A stretch of DNA of 64,000 bases from Eledone cirrhosa (lineage: Eukaryota): assembly GCA_964016885.1 (NCBI GenBank), contig OZ024746.1, positions 79,546,001 through 79,610,000 on the forward strand. The letters are read 5' to 3'. Shown here piece by piece: positions 14,640-27,855 of the stretch; the stretch's first letter is position 1; each line of letters opens with the position of its first letter. The translations under genes and the position numbers were made by a program. The notes beneath the pieces were generated by a model that was not told where the DNA came from, made no database searches, and saw nothing but the letters and a program-made list of their open reading frames with translations.

Positions 14640-14838
14640 AGTAGAGCGTCAGACACAATGCTTTGCTGTATAGAGTTACGGCCCTTTACGTTCTGAGTTC
14701 AAATCCTGCCGAGGTTAGCTTTGCCTTTCATCCATACGGGGTCGATAAAATTTAAGCACCAGTAATGCACTGGGGTCGATTTAATCGACATTCCCCTCCC
14801 CCAAAATTGTCGGCTTTGTGCCTATAGTAGAAATCATT
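14640..14838 (+). mobile_element. tRNA-derived SINE (family 1), 5' end clipped
   Basis: B box GAGTTCAAATCC, core and tail present. Confidence 0.85.
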
Positions 14839-15100
14839 GTTATTTCTATTTCATATTGGCACTGCATTACCGAGCATTCCTGTGCACCTAGGGTATGTAC
14901 AGTCTGGTTTTTGGTGGTTTTATTTCTTTTGTAATAAACCTTTCGTCTTACCATTCAATGAAAAATGTAGAATATAAACCAGAACAATTATAAAAAGAAA
15001 TATGGATAGCGTATCCACTTGAAGAACCACAGGCACTATATCTAAATATTATTTTTCTCCATTGATTGGAATACACACACACACACACACACACATATAA

Positions 15101-15152
<52 letters not shown>

Positions 15153-15155
<3 letters not shown>

Positions 15156-15354
15156 CGAGTAGGACCCCGACGGCTGAGCTCAAGCCGTTTCGACGGCTAA
15201 TTCTTTTTTTTTTAGTCCAGAATTAGCCGTCGAAACGGCTTGAGCTCAGCCGTCGGGGTCCTACTCGTTGCTATTACCCACTCTACTACCCTAAGTATTG
15301 AGTACTTTGGTGCGTTATGGTCCATCTGGTTCGTTCCTTACCAGATTTCCTTCG

Positions 15355-15357
<3 letters not shown>
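15153..15357 (+). mobile_element. (TA)n-embedded fold-back family G
   Basis: ~50-bp inverted arms 15154-15204/15219-15269, then an ~88-bp unique tail ending TTCCTTCGTTA. Confidence 0.88.
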
Positions 15358-15401
<44 letters not shown>

Positions 15402-15405
15402 TATT

Positions 15406-15465
<60 letters not shown>

Positions 15466-15524
15466 AATATATATTTACAGATTCATATGTAGGTCGACAG
15501 AAAGAAAGAAAGAGAGAGAGAGAA

Positions 15525-15590
<66 letters not shown>

Positions 15591-15950
15591 ATTTCTGTAA
15601 ACAGTATCACTTAACTGTTTGATTAAGAAAAGCGAGATCATAGAAATAAGTACAGTGTTTGATATCTTAGTAATAAAATAATAAATAATTTTAATAAACC
15701 TCTTCAAATTCTTCATTAATTAGTTGAAAACCATTGTATATCATGAGAATTATGATCACAAATGGGTTAACTACCGTAACAAATCATTTGGAAATCCTGT
15801 CTGCAAACATATCTTAGTTCAAATCTGTTTGTTTTAATTTCAAAGTGTAAATACAGAAAATCCTTCATAATAATAATAAAGCTGAAGCATAGTCTTGCTT
15901 TCAACATAGCACGTTTGAAATAAAAACTGTCCTCTAATTGTATATATGTT

Positions 15951-16056
<106 letters not shown>

Positions 16057-16183
16057 CACATATATGTATATTCATACTCACACATATATGTATATTTATA
16101 CTCACACATATATGTAAATTGATACACAAACATATATGCATATATATATATATATATATACACACACATATATATATACATAT

Positions 16184-16289
<106 letters not shown>

Positions 16290-16474
16290 GAACAAGTAAG
16301 ACCCCGACGGCTGAACTCAAGCCGTTTCGACGGCTAATTCTGTACGTCGAAACGGCTTGAGCTCAGCCGTCGGGGTCTTACTTGTTCCTATTACCCACTC
16401 TACTACCTAATACCCTAAGTATTGAGTACTTTGGTGCGTTATGGTCCACCTGGTTCCTTACCACATTTCCTTCG

Positions 16475-16477
<3 letters not shown>
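16290..16477 (+). mobile_element. (TA)n-embedded fold-back family G
   Basis: Same palindrome plus tail layout with a different central junction. Confidence 0.88.
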
Positions 16478-16531
<54 letters not shown>

Positions 16532-16980
16532 CATATTTATGTGAGTGTGTATGTAGGTGTGTATGAATGCATATGTATTTATGTCAGTATGTATGTCCGT
16601 ATGTATATGCATGTAAGTATGTACGTATCTACGTATGTATCTCAATGTATGTATATATGTATATATATAAATGTATATAGTTAAGTATATATGTGTATGT
16701 ATTTAGCTTCGGTTTACTTTGATGAACTTATTATATGTCTGTAAATATTTGTCTGTTTACAATTCCTACAACGTTTGTACAGAACCTCATTAATTGCTTT
16801 ATTTGTTAATTGCTTAATGGCTTTTTTGTTTGTGGATTTTATTTGTTAGATTGATTTTACGTTTTTCTTTACCTTTGCTTCCATCTTTCCTTTCTAACTT
16901 CATTTATTTCCTTCTTTCTTGTTTGCTTAATTATTTCATTATTTTTTATTTCCGTTTGCACTTTCTGTCTCACTTTCTAC

Positions 16981-17090
<110 letters not shown>

Positions 17091-17289
17091 TTTTCTATAT
17101 CTATTTATCTATCTATCTATCTATATCTATCTATCTATCTAACTATCTACCTACCTATCTATCTATCTATCTATCTATCTGTCTATCTATCTATCTACCT
17201 ATCTATCTAACTATCTACCTACCTATCTATCTATGTATCTACCTACCTATCTATCTATGTATCTACCTACCTATCTATCTATGTATCTA

Positions 17290-18015
17290 CTGGGCGCCTG
17301 GCACACCGAGTGTGCCCAGGCGCTCACGGCTCTCTGGCAGGCGGACCCGGCTGTCAGTGGAGAATCCATCGCGTCATTCTATAGAGGGCTGGTGGTTAGC
17401 AGGTGCGACGACGCCCTCGGAGAAGCCCTAGGCATGGAGGAAGACGAACTGGCCAACCTGTTCGGTAGGACATTCAGCCCGGGACCCATGGATAACTTCC
17501 AGAGGTCCCTGGCCTGGCAGTGCTACCGAGGGGCTCTGCCCGTTCGAGAAAGGCTCTACAGACACGGGCGCCCGGGTAGGGACCCCTCGATAAAGATCTG
17601 TCCCATATGCGTGTGCGACGAGGAAACCGTTGCACACGCATTGGTACACTGCTCGGGCATTGCCGATCTGTGGGGCTATGTCGAACAACTGCTGTCAAGG
17701 GTGGGACCGATCCGGTTGACCACCGAGTCTATTGTAACAATCAAGCCGCCTCCCCTCTTCAAAAACGAAGGAGAGGCGGTGTTTCTGTGCGTAATAGCCA
17801 TGGCGAAAGAGGTTGTATGGTGGACGCGTCTGAAAGGACTGAGGTCAGATACCTTTCTCTCTGGCCAACAACTGGTCCGTTTCTTCCGATATCATTTCGG
17901 AAGAAGGATCAGGATGGAGAGAGAGGTGCTGCACCCCAGCCGTTTTTATGAAAGATGGGTGAAAGTGGCGAGAATGGCCCGTGTGAATGGGCCTTCACTC
18001 TACATCAGACTATAG
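17290..18015 (+). pseudogene. LINE ORF2 C-terminal fragment with zf-RVT-like CCHC domain
   Basis: LAWQCYRGALPVRERL...CPICVCDEETVAHALVHC; the ATG in the ORF track comes from the flanking microsatellite. Confidence 0.88.
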
Positions 18016-18284
18016 GTGAGGAAGATGAAAGACCAAGGGAGCACCCCCTCTCTGTGCTCCTGAGGGTAAGGGTTGCACACTTTTTTTCGGGGTGTGTGCG
18101 ACCCCCCAAGGCGCCTCCTCCCTATTGAGGATTTTGTTATAAAATTTATTTTGTTATATTTTATTTTATTTTTATACTTTTATATCTTGTTATTGCTTCC
18201 TCCATATTGAGGACGCCTTTGCATGTAAACTCCCCCCTTTGTACTTGTCCCACTTTTGATGCCCTGGTGGCAAATAAAAAGAAA
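17290..18284 (+). mobile_element. 5'-truncated Tx1/L1-clade non-LTR retrotransposon with 18-bp TSD in (TATC)n
   Basis: GC-rich open frame to 18015, 3' UTR with AATAAA at 18273, TATCTATCTATGTATCTA at both 17272-17289 and 18287-18304. Confidence 0.9.
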
Positions 18285-18385
18285 GTTATCTATCTATGTA
18301 TCTATCTATCTATCCATTTATCTATCTATTTCTCTCTCTCTCTCCCTCTCTCTCCACTCACACACACACACACACTCACATATAT

Positions 18386-18487
<102 letters not shown>

Positions 18488-19409
18488 GGCTGTATAGTTG
18501 CTATTTAAGGTATATATATATATATATATTTTTTTTCTTAATTTCTCCTCTGCTCTTTTTTGCTTGCTTTCGTTCTCTCTATCTCTTGCCATTAAATTCA
18601 TTCATTCTTTTATCTTTTTACACTTTTTTTTAAATTTTGGCATTGCTATTTCATTCATTCTTTCGTCTTCTTTCTTTCTCTCTGTATTTCTCTATTGATT
18701 CCTCTCATTTCTTTTTTTGGTTCACTTTTGTTCTGTCTTTGTTCTTTCTTATTTCTATTAACTTGTTTATTTGTTTCTTTCTTTGATTTTCAGCGGATTT
18801 ATTTTTTTACTTTCGTTCTTTCTTTCTCTAATTCTGTTATTGACTGTTTCTCTTTATCTACTCTTTCTTCATCCATTCAATCATTCGTTCCAATCTTTCT
18901 TTTCCTTCGTTTATTGCTGTCTTTCTTCGTTTATTGCTTTCTTTCCTCTCTTCTTTCTCTTTCCCCTTTCATTCTTTCTTCCTACCTTCCTTTTTTCTCT
19001 TTCTCCCCTCCTATATTTTTGCTTTATTTTTCCTTCTTCAGTTCTTACTGTCTTTCCAGGAAGTCTGTGTCTGCTTTCTTTCTTATTTCCCTTCTGTTTG
19101 CCTACTCGAGTTCTGTCATTAGGTTCTAGCCAAGCTCATTATCCACGAAGCGATTATCAGATATACTTAAGGAGGTTAAAACGAATTAAATGTAAAATGT
19201 CTTTTGTTTAATTTTTTGTTTCATTGTCTAAAGTAACAATTACAATTACAATTAGTCAATAAAAACAAAAAGGAAAGGAAATTGCAATGTATGGAAGCCC
19301 AACCAGGCTTTCAATATGATTTGCATTTAAATTAAGGGAATTATGCTTTGTTAGGTTTCGGTATTTTCCTTGATTTACCCAATGATATTTTTTAATCACT
19401 TTGCACCTA

Positions 19410-19545
19410 TTTCTTCTTCTTCTTCTTCTTCTTCTTCTTCTTCTTCTTCTTCTTCTTCTTCTTCTTCTTCTTCTTCTTCTTCTTCTTCTTCTTCTTCTTC
19501 TTCTTCTTCTTCTTCTTCTTCTTCTTCTTCTTCTTCTTCTTCTTC

Positions 19546-19582
<37 letters not shown>
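19410..19582. repeat. (TCT)n followed by (CAT)n
   Basis: Directly visible. Confidence 0.95.
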
Positions 19583-19602
19583 TACACTATCATCTTCTCG
19601 GA

Positions 19603-19808
19603 TAGTGGATTGGCGAAATCGTTATTAAAGTGTCTGACAAAATATCTTGTGATATTTCCTCTGGCTCTTTGATTTCTACGTTCTTTCTGTGCCTTTCATC
19701 CTGTCAGAATGCATAAAATTATGTACTAGCCAAATACTGCGGCCGATTTAATTGACTTTTGCCCTCCACTAAAATGGTTGGCCCTCTGCCTATATAAGAA
19801 ACAATTAT
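19603..19808 (+). mobile_element. Diverged SINE (family 1)
   Basis: GTGGATTGGCGAAATCGTT head, GCCTTTCATCC core, TGCCTATATAAGAAACAATTA tail. Confidence 0.65.
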
Positions 19809-20399
19809 TCATTTTTTTTTTAATTATTATTTTTTTTTGCTTAGACTTCACACTTTGTGATCTCTCTGATACAAATGGTGTTTCGTAGATGGATTTTCAC
19901 AATAATTATTTCCCTCACAGAACAACAAAAAGTTTAGCAAATAAACCACTTTTTAAACCTTCAATAAATATAAACAAAATACATTATTTTATGTTAAGCT
20001 AACTGTGAAATTACATGAAGCCACTTCAACCAAACAAACATGTTTCTATAGTGCCACTCATCCAACATCTTCAAGTATGTTTGTATGTGTATCAGCAAAA
20101 GAATAAGTTCATCCTCAAATAAAACCACCTTGATCATGGCCAGAGCGTAGTACAGCTAGGTAGGATTACGAAAAAGATGAAGTATTCACTAGTAACAAAC
20201 AAGTCAACAAACATAAAAATTTGTCCACAAACCAATGGAGGATCCTCTGTATTATCGCTCAACCAGCTTCAAATATATGTCAATTAATTCCATAAAGAAC
20301 ATTTAACTATCTTCAAAAAGGGACACATATGATAATGTAGTTCAGTATACACTGTACTTGAACATAATGATGGGCTGGTTATCTCTGAAATACCTTTGA

Positions 20400-20870
20400 T
20401 CATAAGTTGAACAACAATCAAGAATCTATGAACACCAGCCAAACAAACTGGGCAGAATGCAATTATATAGATGCAAGTATATGTCCGTGGACTGGAAATT
20501 ACTTCACAAAAGAAATATTAAATACATCAGAATCACCAGATTGTACAATAAATGCATATTTGAGATTGACCAAAACATGTATAAAGATAGAGTGATAAAC
20601 AACATTCATTTGCTGAAGTCCAGAAATAAGTGCCCTGTACCATCATTTATGTAACATCAACATATATGTCTTTGAAAGAGGAGAATGTAACTCTGCAATA
20701 AAATGATGTATTGTTACAAAGGCAAATGCAAACAAATGTCGTGGTGGCTGTTATCGCATATATGTGCCTGTAAACTTTTAGATCTGTATCCTACCTCACT
20801 GTTTCCTGAACAAAAGAGATGCAAACTTCTAGTCATGCCACCATACAAAGAAATTTAAACTTTAAACCCC
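20400..20870 (+). pseudogene. Decayed Penelope-like element linker/GIY-YIG C-terminus
   Basis: ECNYIDASICPWTGNY resembles the CNC..CPL.G.C linker; later frameshifted LNKR..CHH.KKF resembles the PLE C-terminal motif. Confidence 0.55.
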
Positions 20871-21179
20871 ACTAAAAATGCTTCTGAACAAACTTACTCA
20901 AATTCCAAACGATTTAGACTGACAATATAAAACCGACGTAAAGGGCAACATAAGATTTGAGGATGGGGAGGGGTCTGTGTAGAATCAAATTAAAATAATT
21001 ACTACTTTCACGTTAAGAAAAAAGCATGTATAAAGCAAGCAAAAATTATTTTTGCTACAAATTCAACTTTGTCAAGACAAACAAAGTTGAAAAATGATTT
21101 TCTCAGATGAAATTACTAACCCTTACGTGCAAATCTTGTAGTCCATGTTAGACAATGAAACCGTGAAAACCCGATAACA

Positions 21180-21870
21180 TTTTGGACAAAGGAGTATCTT
21201 CTAATATAGAACATCGTACAGTCCCGCTTATCCTTTTAGATTATGGCGAAAGACATAATCTGAATACATATAATTATACTCTACAAAAATTATTGAGTAC
21301 ATTTTCCCTTGGTCGCAAAATATAGCATGGATTTCCCCAAGGATATATTTGATAAGACAACCCCTTACTACCACAAAGCACTTCAGATAGCGGTTTCAAG
21401 GATAAAATGAAGTATATACCACCCCTCAAAACAAAAGTAAAAACAGGAATAGAAAATTAATATGGTTCCCATAAACATTTTCTCAAGTAGTGAAGACTAA
21501 TGTAGGTAAACAAATTCTTAGACCTGATAAATAACCATTCCCCACCCCCATCATCATAGACATAGCAAAATATTTAAAAAGCTGTCAATGAAAATCAGTT
21601 TTTCCAGCAGAAATTTCATGAAGTCGAAGATAATACATAAAATCAAACCTGAAGAAAACCCGAGATGCTCGTGCTGGTTAAAGGAGGTCTGACTTTTACA
21701 ACAGAGATGTATTGTCAAGTCAATAGTGTATGATACAAACGGATACAACCAGCGAAATAAAGAGCTCCGAAAAATATGTAAGTATGGAATAGGACCGTTT
21801 AAAGAACGACACTACTCACATACCGCGTCCTTTAGACACCCACAAAATGAAGGCAGCCACGACACTGGTA
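21180..21870 (+). pseudogene. Decayed Penelope-like element ORF (RT thumb, Cys linker, GIY-YIG)
   Basis: KLIWF..SQVVKTNVGK.FLDLINNH..KIFKK.SMKISFS, CSCWLKEV*LLQQRCIVKSIVY, YVSME.GPFKERHYSHTASFRH across frameshifts. Confidence 0.8.
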
Positions 21871-22019
21871 ACTAATAGATAAAGTGATACCTAAGTTATT
21901 TCACCCTTTGATCTCACGAGATGTCATTCGAATTAACGTCAGCCACCTAATCTACGCGGTTGATGAAAAGCAGTCCCATATATTTATATATATGTGTGTG
22001 TGTGTATATATATATATAT

Positions 22020-22089
<70 letters not shown>

Positions 22090-22157
22090 ATATATATATA
22101 TATACAATATATCTATATATGTATATATTTATATATATATATATATATATATATAAA

Positions 22158-22348
22158 CGTTTGTATATGTATAATAAAGCCAAAACAATGCAGGTATGGA
22201 CATAGAATAAAGAATGCAAATGCAAAAGATATTGTTGACAATTAGTCTTTTACGTTAGATTTATTTAAATGTCCTTAATTTTCGAGATAATATCTCTTCT
22301 TCGGAGGGAAGTAGAGCGGTTAAACCAGTGTTCTAAATATAACTTCCT

Positions 22349-22350
<2 letters not shown>
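22158..22350 (-). mobile_element. (TA)n-embedded PLE-like end with a degenerate hammerhead at about 22271-22308
   Basis: Minus strand CCGAAGA-A-GAGA-tatta-TCTC-GAAA-ATTAAGG. Confidence 0.5.
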
Positions 22351-22409
<59 letters not shown>

Positions 22410-22725
22410 CTTGCAGGCCCCTGCAAATGGATTTTGTTGATTTCGGATTTACAGAAACCTAGTGGAGATGTTATATAATATTATGTAATATGTCAACGAT
22501 GGTCCAGGTAATTGTCAAACATTTCCCTGAGTCGGATTTTTTCGTTGTTCTGGTCCTAACGGCTCGCATTTCGATCGCTGTCTTCAATTTGCATAGCTGT
22601 CTAAACGTAACGTTATAACTCTAAGGTAAAAAAAAATTCCTTATTGGGCGCTTCTGGCTGCACTTCCCGACACCATTCGTTAGCTTGCCCGCAACTAGAG
22701 CTTCGATTATGCTGTTCTACCTTCT

Positions 22726-22787
<62 letters not shown>

Positions 22788-22791
<4 letters not shown>

Positions 22792-23090
22792 AACGAGTAG
22801 GACCCCGACGGCTAATTCTGGAATTAGCCCTCGAAACGGCTTGAGCTCGGCCGTCGGGGTCCTACTCGTTCCTATTACCCTCTCTACTACCCTAAGTATT
22901 GAGTACTTTGGTGCGTTATGGTCCACCTGGTTCCTTACCACATTTTTTCCTTCGTTATATATATATATGAAAATGTATTACCCCGACGGCAGAGCTCAAG
23001 CCGTTTCGACGGCTATTTCTGGACTATTTCAGTCCAGAAATAGCCGTCGAAACGGCTTGAGCTCTGTCGTCGGGGTCATACTTTTTCCTA
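22788..23090. mobile_element. Two adjacent family G copies (22788-22957 and 22968-23090)
   Basis: First has a short inverted arm plus tail; second is a tail-less palindrome centred on CTGGACTATTTCAGTCCAG. Confidence 0.85.
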
Positions 23091-23108
23091 TATATATATA
23101 TATATATA

Positions 23109-23186
23109 TTTCGTTTCTGAATTTGTTGAAAGCAACTAGTGCGTGTGTTTCTTATTGGCAACATGACCCTCCCAAAGTAAAACAAT
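23109..23186. mobile_element. (TA)n-embedded family T, minimal copy
   Basis: Left end TTCGTTTCTGAATTTGTT fused to right end GAAAGCAACT..GGCAACATGACCCTCCCAAAGTA. Confidence 0.8.
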
Positions 23187-23299
23187 ATATATATATATAT
23201 ATATACCGTACAAAAGTGCCAAATATATTATTCAAAGCAACTGTTGCTCAATACAGACGAACGGGAGGAATGTGGTGAACAGTGTTGCTGACTAAATAA

Positions 23300-23432
23300 T
23301 AATTGTTTCTACTTTTGGCAAAAGGCCAGCAATAATCCCAGAGTATTACTGGTACTTTATTTTATCGACCCCATAAGGATGAAAGGCAAAGTTAACCCTG
23401 GCGTGATTTGAACTCAGATCATAAAGGGCTGT
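23300..23432 (-). mobile_element. SINE family 1, partial
   Basis: Tail, core and B box present; head missing. Confidence 0.8.
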
Positions 23433-23567
23433 ACGTGTTAAAATGTGTAATTGTACATTTCCGTTACATACAAACTGCACAAATTAACATGGACTCCACT
23501 AGGAAAAACAAACTATAAAATGAGTGAAGAGAGCGAGAGTGAAAGAGTGTGTGTGTGTTTGAGAGAG

Positions 23568-23652
<85 letters not shown>

Positions 23653-23885
23653 GTATAGGGAATGAGGAAGCTGGATGGGTGTAAATATAAAGAAACATGT
23701 ATAATGTTCGCCCTTCAGATCTCAATTAAATTTACCCTTTGTGTAACGAGAGAGAAAGAAAAAAAAATGCCCAAGTAATGGTGTTTACTGAAAATGTCAG
23801 CAATATCTATGTCTTTGAAGATTTACACTTTAACACAAGTTCAAATTAAGGAAGCAAATTAATAGTATTTAACAAGAAGTGGTGC

Positions 23886-23968
<83 letters not shown>

Positions 23969-24030
23969 TAATAATAATATTATTAATAATAATAATAATA
24001 ATAATAATAACAACAACAACAACAACATCA
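23886..24030. repeat. (TAA)n/(CAA)n microsatellite
   Basis: Directly visible. Confidence 0.95.
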
Positions 24031-24235
24031 ACGTCAACGACTTGAATAAAGGTTAATGGTGATGAGGATAATGGTGATAATGATGATGATTGTGATAATG
24101 ATGGTGATGGTGGTGAGTGTGTTCACCTATGATGTAATGTTATTGTTTTAGATGATATGGGAATAAATATTTTTGTTACCTTTCTTTTTTTTTGTTTGTG
24201 GAATTACACACACGTCACACACACACACACATATA

Positions 24236-24317
<82 letters not shown>

Positions 24318-24349
24318 TACTTGCATCATACATATATATATATTGTGTG

Positions 24350-24395
<46 letters not shown>

Positions 24396-24456
24396 GATAG
24401 ATAGATATTTACATATATACATACCATACATACATCATATATATATATTGTGTATG

Positions 24457-24500
<44 letters not shown>

Positions 24501-24503
<3 letters not shown>

Positions 24504-24662
24504 CGAAGGAAGTGTGGTAAGGAACCAGATGGACCATAACGCACCAGAGTACTCAATACGTAGGGTAGTAGAGTGGGTAATAGGAAAGCGTTTAACCCCA
24601 ACGACAGCGCGCAAGCCGCTTCGACGGCTTGCGCTCTGCCGTCAGGGTTAAACACTTTCCTG
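24501..24662 (-). mobile_element. Family G variant, minus orientation
   Basis: Inverted tail TAACGAAGGAAGTGTGGTAAGGAACCAG followed by a palindrome around GCAAGCCGCTTCGACGGCTTGC. Confidence 0.8.
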
Positions 24663-24671
24663 TATATATAC

Positions 24672-24784
<113 letters not shown>

Positions 24785-25014
24785 CAGACACACACATACA
24801 TATATATATGTACATATATGTATATGTAGATATGTAGATATGTATATATGTATGTATATATATATGCATATGCATATATATGCATATATACATATATATA
24901 ATAATATATATTATTATATTATATTACGGCTCTGTCCTCAGACATTGAGCTAACCGCATACTGCCTGCTGGATAAGTGGAGTGTTATACACCCCTGATCC
25001 TTTCCCTAGCATAC

Positions 25015-25148
<134 letters not shown>

Positions 25149-25394
25149 GAGAATGAGAGAGATACATACATATATGTGTTAGTGCGTGTGCGTAAGTATG
25201 TGTGTATGTGTGCACGCGTGCATCTATTAGAAGTACTCCTAATAGAGCCATATATACAAACGTTTATACATGTATAATAAACATACATATGTGTCGCTGC
25301 GGGTATTTCAAGCTGTGATCATGTCCTAGCTAACTCAGTAGCCGCTTGGGAACGCCAAATTCTAGTTTTACAAGATTATCCATCTTTAGCTACA

Positions 25395-25655
25395 TTTACT
25401 CACTTGGTACCGAAGCAAACTAAGGTAATAACTTATAAAGGATTTTGCCTCATAGTCTCTAGTCTTTGACCTTGTGACGGTGATGTCTCTAATGATGACA
25501 TCATTGGCGTTTGTCATGATAATATTTTCGCCACAAATTTCCGCTCTAGCCATGGTGTAGACTTTATCAAGCTGGTTACCTAGGTCGACCAATTCATCCT
25601 TCTTTCCTTCCAGGCCATGTATGTCTGTGTATGTTGAAAATTTGTAGACCACGTT
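25395..25655 (-). pseudogene. Decayed RTE-clade reverse transcriptase fragment
   Basis: KFSTYTDIHGLEGKKDELVDLGNQLDKV..EICGE..IMTN resembles the NLRFADDIDGLAG.EEEL..LV..LD region. Confidence 0.6.
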
Positions 25656-25697
25656 CAGAAATCAAGGATTTTACATAGAGGCTCGTTTCATCTATCT

Positions 25698-26029
25698 CAG
25701 GGGTTCCGAATCCTTTTTTGCGTCATGATAAATAAAGATACCAAACATGCTTCAAAAGGATACCAAACATGCTGGTAAATGTTTGTTACTGGTTTGTCAA
25801 TCCTATTTAGCCTCCTGTTTTTTTTGTTGTTGTTTTTTTCATAAAGGTTCTTTGCATATCCACTTTAAATATTTTATTCGGGTAGCACATGTTAAAATAC
25901 CTTCTTAAAACTCAAAATCGCGTCCACAATAATTTCCAATCGCTCAGCATTTTCTGTTCAGTTCATCGCCCACCCAACAGTTGAAATCGGCCCACCAGTA
26001 GGAGATATCGCTCAGATTGGGAAACCCTG
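25698..26029. mobile_element. Non-autonomous hAT (Charlie-like) element
   Basis: TIRs CAGGGGTTCCGAA / TTGGGAAACCCTG and 8-bp TSD ATCTATCT / ATCTATAT (7 of 8 match). Confidence 0.6.
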
Positions 26030-26119
26030 ATCTATATATATATGCTAATATATTAATGAAATAATATTGACTGGACTGCAGTCGATTTCGACGATCATTA
26101 TTCTAGCCTTGCTTGTGAA

Positions 26120-26380
26120 ATTAACGTTTAACTGGCTGAGCATTCCACTGACAAGTGTAACCTTAGCATAATTGTTGTTGTACCAAGACTGGCTCTTTGA
26201 ATTACAAGTACAGTCAATCCGACGGGCTTCCACACAGTTTCCGTCTACCCAATTTTTCTCAAAATGTTTGAAATAAACCGAGTCTATGGTAAATGACCCT
26301 TGCTCAAAATGGCATGCAGTAGGAACAAATCCGGTACCTTATGATTGTGCACCGAACATCGTAACCATTCGGCCATGCTG
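26120..26380 (-). mobile_element. Diverged tRNA-headed SINE
   Basis: CTTGCTCAAAATGGCATGCAGTAGGAACAAATCCGG..TAACCATTCGGCCAT reads as an inverted tRNA-like head. Confidence 0.45.
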
Positions 26381-27104
26381 CTTTGATAATATGCAGAAAA
26401 TAATCTAATTTTACACCAGAGTGTATTACATTGTATTATTCATTTATTTAATATATATTGCAACTAAATATCCTAATTATTTTATAATAATTGAATAAAC
26501 TTGTTAATTATTAGAAATCTTTCAACCCATTTAACTAACAACATACTCTTGCTTATTTAACACTGACTTTTAACACACCGAATAAAACTTTAGTAACGCT
26601 AGTGTTACTGGTGGTGGTTCTGGCTGTGTAAAAGAGGTGATTAATTAATTAGTACTCCCTACTCTCTCACACATACTCTATATCCATTCCTCTCTTTCTC
26701 TCTCCTCATTCCTTTCCTCCTTTTTCCATTCCTCTCTCTCTCTCTCTCTCTCTCGGTTTCGCTCTTTTTTCTTTCTCTCTCCCTCTCTGATTTACATAAA
26801 TTCTTTTAATTAGAACATTAACGAAGCAAAGTTGTAACAGCGCCGCATCTTTGTTCTATGTTTTGTTGGTTTAGACAACTTGCTGTTTAAAAAGTGTCGG
26901 CGGTTATTAAAATTCAATGTTCTTTGAATAGATTTCACACTTTCCCGGACCTCTCTCTCTTACTGATCTTTCTCAACTCATTTCTCCTCTTCCTCTTCCT
27001 CTTCCTCTTCCTCTTCCTTCTCCTACTGACCCCCTCTTTTCTGAGCCCCTCCTCTGCATCCTCCTCTTTTTAACCCTTCCTCCTCCTTCTAGTTCTCCTC
27101 AGCT

Positions 27105-27129
27105 AATCATCATTATCATTATTATCACC

Positions 27130-27166
<37 letters not shown>

Positions 27167-27278
27167 CCTTCAACTCTACCACCATCATCATCACCATCAC
27201 ATCCACTACCATCATTATCATCGTCGTCATCATTACCCTCGTCAACCACCATCAGCATCGTTGTCACCATCCTCATCG

Positions 27279-27330
<52 letters not shown>

Positions 27331-27382
27331 TATCTTCATCACCACCATCAGCATCGTTGTCACCACCACCACTACCACCACC

Positions 27383-27441
<59 letters not shown>

Positions 27442-27610
27442 TAACCTCGTTGTCGTCATCGTGATCTTCATGGCTATTCAAATCACCATCATCATGATCA
27501 TCGTCGTGATCATCCACATCATTATGAGCATCAGCATCATTATCATCATTATCATCATCACGATCATCATCATCATCATCATCATGATCATCATCATATT
27601 CATCATCATA
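27105..27610. repeat. (CAT/CAC)n tract with an internal duplication of ACCACCATCAGCATCGTTGTCACCA
   Basis: Directly visible. Confidence 0.9.
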
Positions 27611-27815
27611 GTCATCTCTTTATTTTATTGTCTATTAGACTACACATCTCAATGTCATTAAGTTTTGACTATCCCCAACTGTGACAAATATTCATAATGT
27701 TTTTTATGTATATTTTATGATTTTCCAAGTGTATTAACTACAATGTTACTAACGACTTTGTAAAAACCGTCACAAATTCATATTTTATAATCTTCACAAC
27801 TAAATAGTTTATGCT

Positions 27816-27855
27816 TCACTAATAACGTCACATAAGACCGAAACGTGTCCGTGGT
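27816..27855 (+). ncRNA. Degenerate minimal hammerhead motif
   Basis: CA-CTAATAA-C-GTC-acataa-GAC-C-GAAAC-GT-GTC-CGTGG; core has G to A changes. Confidence 0.45.

Noticed and set aside
21930-21978. Twister-like ribozyme (TAA followed by CGTCAGCC/GGTTGATG)
   Set aside because: Only one hairpin; pseudoknot elements could not be assigned
26620-26950. Enhancer-like cluster of TAATTA and CTTTGT motifs
   Set aside because: Such motifs are expected by chance in AT-rich DNA; needs conservation or chromatin data
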